Position numbers and translations under genes: made by a program. 64,000 nt of DNA from the human T2T-CHM13v2.0 reference genome, Homo sapiens: NCBI RefSeq assembly GCF_009914755.1, contig NC_060927.1; one strand, given 5' to 3'. Positions within the stretch are counted from its first letter, which is position 1. Each line of letters opens with the position of its first letter. Positions 26,967 to 39,770 of this stretch are shown here, piece by piece. A model generated the notes under the pieces. That model did no database searches and was not told the origin of the DNA. It saw nothing but the letters and a program-made list of their open reading frames with translations.

Positions 26967-29399
26967 CGGTGTATGAATTCCTGTGCTAAGATTCAGATCT
27001 TTGAAACTGTTTTCTAGAATGTTATCCTACATGTCTAAAACTTTTTTTCTAAGTGTATCAGAGATTTGGGATGGAAGTGGTAAACACATAGGTTACTAGG
27101 AGGTGGCTTGCCTCTGTACCCATTCTAGATGAGTAATGTTAATGACTGATGATAATGTAATGATGAAAAAATTGGTTCTTTTTAAGTAAATAGATAGTCT
27201 ACAGACACCCTGTCAACAGATAGTGCATGCTTACTGAGGAAGTTAACAGTGTTAGGATTCTTCCTAACCTTTACTGAAAGGTACTGTTATAAAACTGGTA
27301 GAGGAGTATGTGAAAGCTACTGGTGAAGAACCAATGCAGTGAAGATTATTCAAGCATGGTGGTGATGGATAAAAGCATAGAAAAAAAACTCAGAAAATTA
27401 TTTTGACTGAAGACTTTTCATTACTTTTCTTATGTGTCCTTGAGTAGCTTATAAGGACTAGGCTGAAGGCTACTATTAAAAGATTTAGGTGTACCTTTCA
27501 CTCATGTTCTTTCATGAGACACACGGTTCTCTCATTCAAAGTACAAGGTTAATTTTAAATTAGAGGTGAGAATTATTCTTCATGTATCAAAAAGCCTAGA
27601 AATTTACCAGGGATTAAAGGTAGAACCCATTTTAGCCTATCGAAGTGTGAGAGGTAAAGTGACCTGTTTAGATGAATATCTTGAAATGATTCTCTGGAGC
27701 ATGCCTGATCTGTTCTCAATACCCACACATTAGAAGAAATGAAGAATAATATAGAGACTACACAAAGAGACCATGTAAAAGAAGAACCCTGATAAAAGAA
27801 AAAAAACTCTTAATTTTATCACTGCAAAGACTTCTTGTACAAGATGCCTCTGCAAGTGTCCTAGTAGCATGACTCCTTAAACAAGTAGGATGCGTGTATG
27901 TGGAAGATATATATATGTATATATAACATTTAAAATCTCCCTCGAACCCCAGCTTCTGAGTATAAACTATGTTACAGAAGCATGTGGATAATATGTGAAG
28001 CTTTCTAGGAGCATCATTAAGAAAATGAGACATTTGACACTCTGAGCCCTAGGTACACTGAGTCAGTGGCATGGTCTCCAAGGGCACTGCTGGCAGCACT
28101 AAAGCCTGGCTCATAACCATATGTGCACACCTCAAGAGGTGTTTGACTGTTCAGGTAGAGGATAAGCCATTTCCTAGGCCTGGTTCCTTCCATTCTCCTT
28201 AGCTTGTAGTTGGCCTGAAGGGACTTCCTAGACTCTAACATGTTTGCCTCTCTTTTGCTTCCTTTCTGGACACTGTCTAAGGATTTAAAACACACATGAC
28301 TTTCATGTCCACAATTTTCTGCCAAAGAGGGGGAAAAATGCCCCAGAGCATGTCATCCCTTACCATCTGCAAATGAACTTCTGTGGTCAAGGAATGCTCC
28401 AATTACCACCCAGAACAGCTTTGTACAACTCCTGACCCTCGGGAAGACTCGAGGAACTCACTCCCAGAACCCAGATGCTCCCTGTCCCAGAACACAGGGA
28501 AGACGCCCTGTCATCACAGTTTGCACGGCAGAGGCGGAGGTGATGCTGTTAGTGTGGCATTTCCAATTCTCTAGCGTCTTTCACTTTCCCTGAAGTTGCT
28601 GAAGAATATTCCATTTCATTAAGTATGTAGTAATACACATGGGAATCAGAGAGCGGGGAAAGATGGAGGACGTTGATGACATGGCCTCTAGCACTTTATT
28701 TATGAGAACATCCAGAAATCTCTATCTACATCTGGGAGAAGAATAATGTCAATCCTGCCCTGGAGACATGGATCAGGCAATGTTGCCAGTGTGTATTTTT
28801 CCCTTCCCAATAATTTACTGATTCTGGAGTCTAAGGCAGAGCGCTGATGATAATTTTTACATTCATGTGAGTGAGCCTGGCCCTTTGAGGGCTGGTGATG
28901 CCAAATAAACATAAATGTATGTAACCAGGTGAATACTTACCACCTCCCAACCCAGAAATGTCATAGGTCTCTGGTGGTGCTTTGCTTCCCACAACACTCC
29001 CCTGAAGGGCGGTGAGGGTAGGTGTTGCCATCAGAGCATAAGAAGCAGAGCTTGAGGTGGCCTTGGAGGACTTCAGGGAGCACTGCCTTTGCAGTAAAGA
29101 ATGAGACTAAGCAAACAAACCTGTTAGACGGCTCATTTGTCTTTTCCAATTTTTTTATTGTGTTATTCATCCTTTCATCATTGATTTATAGCTATTCTTA
29201 AAATATTAGGGATATATCACAAATATTTTTCCTAGTTTAAAAAATGATTTTCTACCATAGTAATTTTTATTTTCATGTAATAAAATTTAAAATACATGTA
29301 TTTTTTAAAAAGTTTTCAGGCTTTGGTTTTATGCCTGGAAAATGCATCTCATACCTCCAGTATGAAAATATTCATGTATATGGCAAAAATTATCACTGA

Positions 29400-29950
29400 A
29401 AATTACAGAATTAGTGAGGATGCAGAGAAATGGGCAGTCTCTTTTTTTGTTGGTGAAGATATTAACCAATGCTAGAGGACAGTTTAGTAATGCATTTTAC
29501 TTTTGCAGTTCCACTATAATTAATTGATCCTAAGGAAATAATCATGTAAGTGTACAAACATGTGTACATATGCATGTGCATATAAAGACAGTTATTGTGG
29601 CATTGTTTAGTAAGAAGAAAGTTCCAAATTCCCAACTGTCCATCAATAAGTGATTGAGTCAATAAATTATGCATATACTGAAGTGCAACGTTGTTGTCAA
29701 AAGATAATGTAGATCTATATTTATTAACATGGTAAATGACTATTACAATGTTAAGTGAAAAGAATAGAATACAAAACAGCAAGTAACTTCTCCTTTCAGT
29801 CTGGAAAGAGAAAGACAAAGAGAAAGAAAAAGAGAAAGATAAACAGGACTGTATGGAAATATAATATTTCCTAAGTTATTAATAGTGATTATCTCTGGGC
29901 TGTGAGATTTCAAAGGAATTTAACCTTGCTCTTTATAAATACTATCAATG
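29400..29950 (+). mobile_element. Old L1 (L1M) 3' fragment
   Basis: gtgaggatgcagagaaatgg...ttgttggtg...tgtccatcaataag...aataaattatg...aagtgaaaaga resemble the L1 ORF2 end and 3'UTR. Confidence 0.7.
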
Positions 29951-31026
29951 AAACAAATTCAAGCAAAACTAAATGTATACTTTTTTAGAATTAAAAATTA
30001 GAACTTTTATTTTGGGGGAAAAAGAACTTACCTAAAACCTGCAATAAATACTTAAAAATTCCAATATGATCTTCAGTCATTAGCAATTACTAACTAGCTC
30101 TCTTAGTAGGGTGACATCAATGTCTGCCTCAAGTTTCCCCCAAGTTTGACACTTTGAGATGTACATCATAGTTCTTCCCTTAAAGAATTTTAAAATATAA
30201 AATTTCAAGTAGTGAATATAACCCAAATATTTTTATCTAGGGCATGGTTAGGTAAATTCTGGGGGCTTTATGTGATATTATTCAGATGTTATAGTGCTAT
30301 TTATAAAGAGTTTTTAATTATACCAGGAAGTATTTATTATATAATATTGAATTAAAATGGGATACAACTGTATACATGCAATGTATGCTCAGGCATGTTA
30401 AAATCTAGAGAAGACACTAGAAGGTGATCTAAAAAATTATTAATAATAGTTGGTTCTGTGTAGTGGAATTATGGATGTTTCCCCTTTACTCTATACTTTC
30501 TAAATATTTCACAATAAGTGTGAATTATAGAATCATAAAAAAAGTAAATATTAAAAAAAAGCTGTTTCGCTCGACAGCTGCCAAATTTTACCCCAGATGT
30601 ATCAGCAATTTAGCTTTTAGTCAAATGACCCTAACATCATTTCCTAAAGGGAATATCACAGAATGGAATGTGCCCAAATAAAGATAAGCCATCACGGCCA
30701 CCACCTCTTTCTAAGCTATCATTTTATAATGCTTAAAATAAATCTGAGTAAGGGATCTTTCTTCTGTTGGAAGTTATAAACTTCCACCTCCTTCAGACCC
30801 TCTCCATATCTTCTCTTGCATTACCAGCACCTGGAATTTATAATTAACCTATAGTACCCTGGTACGTTTCTAGGTCTGGAAGCTGTTTTTGGAGGCTGAT
30901 GGTGTAGATCACCATTAGGGATGGAGGATTATTTATTCATTTTAAATGGGAGTTCCCTTGAATAACAAACAGGGATGAGCTGCTATATAAGATCTTGTGT
31001 AGTTAATATGCTTTCTTACCCTTCTT

Positions 31027-31339
31027 ATATATATATTTATTGATTGATTGATTTTTTGAGATGGAGTCTCACACTGTCGCCTGAGCTGGTGTGCAGTGGT
31101 GCGATCTCGGCTTGCTGCAATCCCTGCCTCCTGGGTTCAAGAGATTCTCCTGCCTCATCCTCCCGAGTAGCTAGGATTACAAGCACCCGCCACTATGCCC
31201 GGCTAATTTTTTGTATTTTTAGTAGAGATGGAGTTTCACTGTGTTGGCCAGGCTGGTCTCGAACTCTTGACCTCGTGATCTGCCTGCCTCGGCCTCCCAA
31301 AGTGTTGGGATTACAGGCGTGAGATCCCGTGCCCGGCCC
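31027..31339 (-). mobile_element. Alu (AluSc/Sg-like) with a (TA)/(ATTG) tail
   Basis: gacctcgtgatc diagnostic 2-bp deletion; degenerate TSD gcttYctt-c-cttctt. Confidence 0.94.
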
Positions 31340-32299
31340 GCTTCCTTCCTCTTCTTTCCATCCCTCCCTTCTTTCTTCCCTTGTTCCCTCTCTCACCTGT
31401 CTACACTCCTGTCTCCAGCCCTCTTAAATAAATAGCTTTTCTGTAGTGTTAGATGCCAGCTCTTAACATTTAGAGACAATTCACACTATACCAATACCAT
31501 ACTTCAAGTAGATGATCTAATTGTTTCTAAATCATCATATTTTAGCAAAAAGATAATGGGAGAAATCAAAGTTGTCTCTCACATATGTATGATGCATACT
31601 AGAGGCTTGGCAATAAGGCAGAGAGTAGATATTTTTTGAGAAAGTAAATAACAAAACAAAACAAAAAGCCAAAACACAAAAACAAACTGGGTATTGTGAG
31701 GACAGGGCAGAGGGAAGGAGCAGGCATAAGAAAGAAAAGGAATGACATCGGTCTCCTGGTCCTTGCAAAGGTTATTCAAGTCCCTGTTCCTGGTGTTTTG
31801 GACCAGATATCAGCCTACAAACCACCCTGGACTGTGAGCTATTTGAAGGCATAGATGGTGTCTTACTCACCTCTGTATTTTCTGTACCAAACACAGTGCC
31901 TGATACAATATACTCAACAGATGCCTGGAGAATTTAACTAAGCCCTTTCACTGCCCTTTCTTACTGGCCTCAGCTAGAACCAAAACAAGAAGCTAAAACT
32001 CCTAATGCCACAAATGCTAGGTGAAACCCTATCCTAATTCAAACTCATTTCTTCTGATTTTGCACCTTGGTCCCCAAACTGCTGGAGAAAATCCCATGAC
32101 AGAGCAGATAGGTATCAACATCAACCCACCAGACTCACCTGCACCTTCCACACTGCCAAGGAGAGTCCTACTGTATTTCTCTGGTCAACTTGCTGTCCCA
32201 TTTGTCTCAAGAACGATTTCAAATCTCTACTTTCCTTAAATCTCTTCCCCGCTTATTCTTAGCAGGACCTTGCCCCTCAGTGCCCATCACTTGGGAAAC

Positions 32300-34760
32300 C
32301 TCTTAACCTTTCAGTACCAAATCTACACGTGGGCTTGCATCTGCTCCTTTCCTTTACTCCTCCTTTCTTACAAAAATAGAAGATGTGTCCCTCCTTCCAT
32401 CTCTCCACTTGTACTCAGGATTCCATCTCTCTGGCCTTATCAGTAATCTTATACTGCCAGTCATCCTATGCTCTTCTCTCTTCTGCACATTGGATCTCTC
32501 CTCTCTACGGTATTCTTCCCATGAAAATACAAAAAATACTAGTGTTTCCATGCTTTTCCAACCTTCTTTTGACCTCACTTCCCCCCTCAAGATATTGCAG
32601 TAGCTCATTTTCCTTTCCTTCATAGCAAAACTTCTGAGTGGCCCACATTTGCTGTTTCTTCACTTCTCATTCTCTCCTCATCCCATTACAAACACGTTAT
32701 TGTTTTGACCACTTCAACAAAACAGCTTTTGCTGAGGTCAACAATAAGCTCAAAATTAATATAAGCAATATATATTTGTTAGTCTTTAACCTACTTGATT
32801 GCTCAGTAACATGTCACATCACTGACCACTACCTTTGAGGCACTCTCTTGGCTTCTGTGCCTATGTTTTCTGATTTTCCTGCCACCTTCTTGGTGGCTCC
32901 TTCTGAGGGTATTTTATGGCCTCATTTTTTTCTACCAGCGGATTAAATATTAAGAGCTCTTCAAGTCTCAGTTTAGGTCTTCTTCTCAATCTAACCCTGT
33001 CCCTAGGCAATGTTATTCATGCCAACAGATTCATTTACCACTATATGTCGATTACCCTGAATTCATGTCTCCAGCCTTCATGTTACTTCTGAATTCCAGT
33101 TTTATGTATATAAATACCTGTGCAATATGCTCACTATGTATCTATCCAAAGTACCTCACACTCAACATCTCAAAAACAGAACTTACAAACTTCTCTCCAC
33201 TCCAGTCCTCCTTTGGTGTTTCATGTAACTGTGAATGGTATTATCCTTCATATAGTTTGATAAGCCCCAAACCAGGAGTCATTGTTGCCACTTCTCTCTT
33301 TTATTTCACATAACCAACCATGAAAAAGTCCAGGAATATTTTACTTCTGAATTATCTCTCAGTTCCATCAATTTCCTCCCATTTCCACTGTCAATACTCT
33401 AGTCTGCCTCTTATGTGGTCTACTGGAATAGCTCCCTCACTGGTTTCCTCATATCCATTTTTGATCCTTCCAAATTATTTACCAAAGTTAAGCTACCTTG
33501 ATATATATTTTTAAATTTTTAATTTCAAGATAATTTTAGATTAACGTGCAGTTGTAAGAGATAATACAGAGAGATTTGTTATTCTTTTTACCCAGTTTTG
33601 CCCAAATGGTAACATTTTATATAACTGTAGTACAATATCACAATCAGGAAATTAACATTGGTGCAATCCATCTGCCTTACTCAGGTTTCATCAGTTTTAT
33701 ATGCACATGAGTATGTGAGTGTATATTTAGTTCTGAGCAATTTTATTACATCCATACACTCATGAATACTACCACAGTCAAGCTACAGGACAGTTCCATC
33801 ACAAAAGATCCCTTGCGTTATCCTTTATAGCAACACTCACCTCCATTTCTATCCCAACTCCCTAACTTTGTCATCCACAAGTATGTTCTCAATCCTTACA
33901 TATTTTTTTCATTTCAAGAGTGCTATATAGATAAGAATCGTAACAGTACATCATCTTGAGATTAGCTTTTTCACCCAATGTAATACCCTTGTGATTAAAA
34001 CCAGTTATTGTATGCATCAATAATTTATTCTGCTTAGTGCTGAGAGGTATTCCATGGTATAGATATAACAGTTTGCTTAACCACTGACCCACTGAAGAAA
34101 ATGTGGGTTGTTTCCAGTTTTGGGCTATTACAAATAAAGCTGCTATGTACATTGGTGTAACATAATGTACAGGTGTTGTACAGTTATGTTTCCATCTCTC
34201 TGGGATAAATGCCCCAAAGTTTACCCTTTTAAAAAACAACAATGATCATGCCACAGTCCTTCTTAAGTTTGCTCCTCTACTGTCCTTAGGATAAACACAA
34301 AAATCCTTAACATGGCCTACCAAGGACCTGTTATCATCAGGCCTTACGTATCTCTTCAACCTCAACCTGGGCTGCTAGTCACCTTTTTCTCTCTGTGCAG
34401 CTCTCTTCAGGGACTTCATGCTGTTCCCTCTGCCTGGAATCCTCTTCCACCATCCATCCTTACTTTTTGTTTTTAACCTTCAGGTGTCATCTCAAATGTT
34501 ACTATTTCAGAGAAGCTTCTCCTGAATTTCCAGACTCAGTTAAATCTTCTTCTTTTATTTGCCCTTAGAGCACATGGTACTTTTATTATATAGTGGTAAG
34601 CACAATTTGTAATTACAAGTTATATTGTGAGACCATTTGCTTAGTATCTGTCTTACATTCCCCAGATTATAAGCTCCAGAAGGAGAGAGACTATGTTAAT
34701 ATTCCTTTATTATATATACCTTTAGTATTTAGTAGACACTCAACTTTGTGTCCAGTAAAA
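32300..34760 (+). mobile_element. L2 LINE interrupted by an L1
   Basis: L2 motifs: aaacagcttttgctgaggtcaacaata, cctcacactcaacatctcaaaaacagaact, tgctgttccctctgcctggaat, tttagtagacactcaa. Confidence 0.75.
33510..34222 (-). mobile_element. L1M (L1MC-like) 3' fragment
   Basis: The ORF-track peptide MYIAALFVIAQNWKQPTFSSVGQW resembles the L1 ORF2p C-terminus (MFIAALFTIAKTWNQPKCPS); L1 3'UTR motifs follow. Confidence 0.85.
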
Positions 34761-34769
34761 TTTGGCTGA

Positions 34770-34995
34770 GGCTTTTAAGACATAGTCCTGGAATCAAGTT
34801 CTATCTCTACCATTTATTAGATGTTCTTATAAAATAAATCAAACATGTTAAATCTCAGTTTTCTGATCTGCACAATTAGGATTATAGTAGCATCTACTTA
34901 ATAGGGTAGTTTTGAAGGTTAAATCAGATAGCCATGAAAAGTATTTAGTCCAGTATCTAAAGCAAGGCAAGCACTCAATAGGTATTTCTTATTGT
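34770..34995 (+). mobile_element. MIR SINE
   Basis: cctggaatcaagttctatctctaccatttattag...tctcagttttctgatctg...gcactcaata. Confidence 0.75.
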
Positions 34996-36269
34996 TATTA
35001 TTAGTTGAACAAGAAACTAGAGTTTTTGTATTTTTTTTCCTAACTAGGCTTTTGTCCATTATCTTCATTTCTTGCCTGTTCCCCCAGGTTCTGATTCTTG
35101 TAACTTTTGAGACTCTGAAAAGGGGCCCTTAGTTTAGATCTTGGATAACCAGTAGGACTACTGGTTCTTACCCCAGGTATATGCTCTCAGACCAGATGTG
35201 GCTCTGGTTCCCATTTTCATCTCACTCAGTACTTCCTCCTCTTGTTTTCCAGTCTATGGATGTCAGTGTGGGTAAGAATGCCTCTTCCCTACTCCTAGTT
35301 TCCAGATGTTTTCTAAACACTGCTTTCCTCTTGTCTCATTCCTTATAATTCCCCATGGAGGCAAAGTATCCCATTGGTGGGAAAGCCCTTGGTCTATATT
35401 TCTCAGGTAGGTAGAACTGATCTATCCAAATTTGTAAGCACAGGAGTTTAACCTCTTTGTCCTTCCTTTTCTACTGAGACTATCGGGAGGTGATGACCTG
35501 GAAAGTGTTGCTCATATGCAGATCCACATTTTCCTGTAAGAGAGCTTTTGAAAGGTTTGACTGAAGGGAAGAGAGTCAGCAAACCCATTTCCTCTTTACA
35601 CTAAGCTATGCTCTTCAACCAACCTTTATAAAAATTTTGGTTCCCTAGCTATCAGTTCTTTTGTCTTATTTTTCAATAGGTTTAGAATTCAAGTGGGGAA
35701 AAGTGATGCTATTTATGGGCCCCCTCGAAGATTCCAACACTTTGGTATATGATTTTGCTTGGAATATGATTCTGTTTCTCTTCATCTTTTTTACATTTTA
35801 GCCAGTTTTCAAGACTCAGCTGAATCAGTTTTACATGAAACTTTCTAGCCTGCAAGGCTCTTTCATGAATGAAACCCTATGGTACTTCCTGGACTGTATC
35901 ATTCCTTTTGGAACTTAGTCATTTATTATCTTATGTGCATACACAACGCTCAACAATATAACTGTTTTTCCTAACTCAATTTTAAATTCCTTAAGAGCAA
36001 GAAAGGGTCATGTACTTATGGTATATTTATGCTTTAACTATCCAATAAAAATTATTCTTTGTACATAGCATGTTTTTAATAATATCTTAAAGCGTGAATG
36101 TGGGGGAGAGTGGCCTACTGACCAGGCTTTGATTTGAAGGCCCAAGGTACAACGGAAATGGCTTAGTAGCTGGATGGTTCCTGAAGAGGTTGTCGCAGTG
36201 CAGTGGTGAAAGAAAGAAAAGGTTACTATGGGCATGTCCCTGAGGTGTGTATCAGTGCAAGTCTGTGTA

Positions 36270-36309
36270 TACACACACACACACACACACACACAGTCTC
36301 TCTCTCTCT
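36270..36309. repeat. Compound (CA)n(TC)n microsatellite
   Basis: Seen directly. Confidence 0.9.
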
Positions 36310-37959
36310 TACATATATATGTAAATAGAACTTAAATCTGTCTTGTGCTGTGTTTTCGCCTTAGTAATACTTTATTTCTCTTATTAAAAATACATGGAAC
36401 TCACCATCTGATAGGTAGAAAGGCTAAGAGAAATGCAACCAGAGGGAGGTAATATTCCTGGCTATAGTCGATTGGTGTTCAGAGTGTTTTGATTCTCTGA
36501 ATGAGTCAAAAGATTGAAAAAAAAATAGCCACTCTTATCACTAGGAAAAGAAATGAGGAGGAAGGGTCCTGAAAATGGTGTCTGAGCAATGAAAGACAGT
36601 GAATATTTTAAAGATCACAAAATTTAATTTATTCAACCTAAATGCATAAAAGTACAGGTGGGGACATTATTTATGCAGGTATATGCAAATCACTTTATAA
36701 AATAGGCAAAGCCCTTCTGCTTTTTATAAGTTGCCAAGGTGGTTCCTGATATTTTAAAAGCTATGCACCTTTAATGTAATTTCCTAAGAGTTGGAATCCC
36801 TCTGTCGAAATCATAGTCATTGTCAGAGCAAGTTGATTTTTTTTTTTCCTATCCTCTGGGACATTTACAAGGATCTTATAACCATCACAAAAAGAGTGGT
36901 TTCCACAGAGATGTGACTGGAAAAATCCCTTGGAAATTGCTGAGGAGCAAGTCACAGTGTTCAAAGCAAAGAACATAGGCTTTGAAAACATGAACCCATC
37001 TGACCTCTTGAATTTAGTACAGTGAATTCCTGAGCTCTGAAACATGGGGCCCGGCTGTGCATGCCATATTGGTGCTATAAGACTGGCAGTAGGTTGGCTG
37101 TGGCATGGTCTATTTCAAACTCCTTCACAGTGCCCAGTGTTGCATGTTCCCAGATGACATTTGGTTGGCAGAAGCTGGGCTTCCAAAGCTGGCAGCCTGG
37201 AATGCAGCCCACTGTGTTTTGACAAACACATAATTGACCATCTGATCACCAGCCTACGTTCTGCACTCAGGTCACTGGGGGACCTGGGCTTTCAATAGGT
37301 CCCTACTCCTCGTCTTGTTCATCTTCCCAAACCTTTCTCCAGAAAGCAATATAGAGAAGGCTTAAACACACCCACGCATATCCTCCCATTTGCAAAAGAG
37401 AACATAGTACATGAAACATAAGCTGTTGAAAATTTCCTTTAAATTGTCCTGGCAGCCCAAAGTGAACAAGAGAAAAGCACACTTATGGTGAACTCTAATT
37501 CAGAGAGAAGGAATGAATACACTGAATTGTTTCAACACCCGGCTGTGCATAAGTTGCAATTCAGTTCAATGGTTTGGAAATTTTGCTTAGAAAAAGGGAG
37601 CAATGAGAAAATGATAGGAAATTGGGGCATTGATTGACTTTAGGGGGGCATTATTTAGAAACTGTTTCATTTTCAGGTGAAAGAAGAGACAAGCAGGACA
37701 CTGGGAATGTCTTCTCCTTATCTGCCTGCTCCTCCCTCACACCCACTATGGGCAGTAGGAGGCACGCGAGCCTGGTGACCAGGGGGCAGTAGCTCAAAGT
37801 GAGGTCATATTCAAATTGAGGTCTTTGCTGAAGATCCCATAAGGATGTATTTTGGTCTGAAATTTGACTCCACACAATGTTTCAGCCTTTCTCCTAGAAG
37901 GCAAAGATTATGCAATAGGCCAAGATATGCTGGAATTACACAAAGGTTAATGTCTATTT

Positions 37960-38630
37960 CAACACTACCAAATAGCCTCTCCCTCCATCCTACCCCTACT
38001 GCACAGTTCAGGCCTTTGGCTTTTACCTTTGACCTGGTCTCCCTATTCTGAGTCAGCCTCTCCACTTTCACCAAGTGCTCTTTCTAAAACATACATCTGC
38101 TTACAATTCTTCAAAGCCTCCTTGAGCCTGCAGGATCAAGTCCAAACTCCTCTGCACGGCATACAAGGTCCTCCGTATGGCAGGCAAGGTCCCCTGCCTG
38201 CTTTCCAGCCCAATCTCATACTACTCTTTCAACCACCATGTTTCAATCACACTGAACTATTCACTCCTCTGAATCTCGCTGCTACTTAACGCCTCCTGAT
38301 TTTGTAAATGCTCTTACATTTTTCTTGATTATGATCCCCTTTTCTTTCTGCTCTTTCATATCTACCTGGTAAACTGCAATTTACTCTTCTGACTTTAAGA
38401 CCCAGCCTGGTCACCTTACCACATCCAAGTGGGCACTCCTCCTTCATTCCTCTTACTACGTCTTGTATATACCTGCATTTCAGTGCCTATCATATGCTAT
38501 AGTCTTTATTCACTTATGTATCTCCCCTATCAGACTGAGATTTCTAACAAAAGAAAGCATTTCTTATTTATCCCGGAGTTTCCAGAACCAAGCACAGTGA
38601 CTAGCTTTCCATAAATGTTTGTTGAATGAA
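37960..38630 (+). mobile_element. L2 LINE 3' portion
   Basis: gcctgcaggatcaagtccaaactcct...agcacagtgactag...cataaatgtttgttgaatgaa. Confidence 0.78.
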
Positions 38631-39689
38631 AACTAAATAAAGAGCTGTACATGATAATTAATCAAAACGAAGCCAAGTAGTAGTGTTAGCTTTTATAAGC
38701 ATAGTAGGAGCCCATTAGCAATCTAATGAAGGCAGAAGATCCCAGCAGTAAGGCACTTTCTGATGGGTATGGCAGGGGCTGGTGACTGGCTGGGGTGACA
38801 GTAAGAGTGAGGGATAAATTCTGTGATGGAGGAAGGTCTTTTTAACAGAGACTGCCACTAAGGCTGTAAATTAACACCCTTTTCAAGACTTAATATTCAA
38901 TACTGAAAGATATTGTCCTGAGAATAAATCTGAATCTGAATTGTATAGAGACCTAACTTATAAGAACCAAGTTTCCCAAATAAGGTAAGTCTGTGCTACC
39001 TGCTTCAAGGTAGCATGGCAGATTATGGAGGGTTCCTCTTTGTTTCTGCTAAACAGTAATGGAATGGGAAATTCTTGGGGGAACATCTGAGAGCTCTTCA
39101 GTTCCTATTGAAATCCAGGTCAAATACAGATTGTGATACTGGACTAAATGCACTGCTAAGAGAAGATCGAACAAGCAGAATTCTGTACCTGTTTAGAGGA
39201 GGCCATTGAAGAGGCACTTGGAGTCAAAGCACTGGGGAGATAATGTTCTGATCTGTTCTCAAGGGACATTGGACATTTCTTTTCCTTTTGTCGAGCCTCT
39301 GGGGCACCACTCTGGAGCCATCAACCATCAACTGTGTCTATGGGATACTTGAGGACAGTAGGACTGTCATAAGCCCGGTCACCCTGCTGATATGAGGGCA
39401 GCTTCAAGATTTGGAACAAGCCAAGCAAACATGAAGCCTGGCCCAGGGATGGCACAAGGTCATGGGTATATGAACGGATTATCTGCTCATTATAGGTCAC
39501 TCCCCCAGCCTTATGTGTGGTTAAAAAATAGGATATCTCTAGAAGCTATGCAACTGATGGCTGATGTAGCATAGAATCAGATTTGCATTTTCCTATGAGC
39601 CAGAGACAGCCTTTCAACTACACTTTTTATCTCAAAAGTCTCCCCCTTGATTCCTAATTGGTGACACAGGTCCCCTGTACTGCTTGTGT

Positions 39690-39770
39690 CTGAGGCTCGC
39701 CCTATAGCACTGACGTCACAATAGCTGAGCCGTGCGGGCAGGAGTGCACTGTGCTGACTCATCCCGGTGA
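39690..39770. promoter_or_regulatory. Candidate enhancer: full CRE plus AP-1/MARE site
   Basis: TGACGTCA at 39711-39718; TGCTGACTCAT at 39752-39762; 5 CpGs in about 70 bp. Confidence 0.5.

Noticed and set aside
33889-34242. 117-aa ORF with a recognisable motif
   Set aside because: Degenerate remnant of the L1 ORF2p C-terminus, not a host gene.
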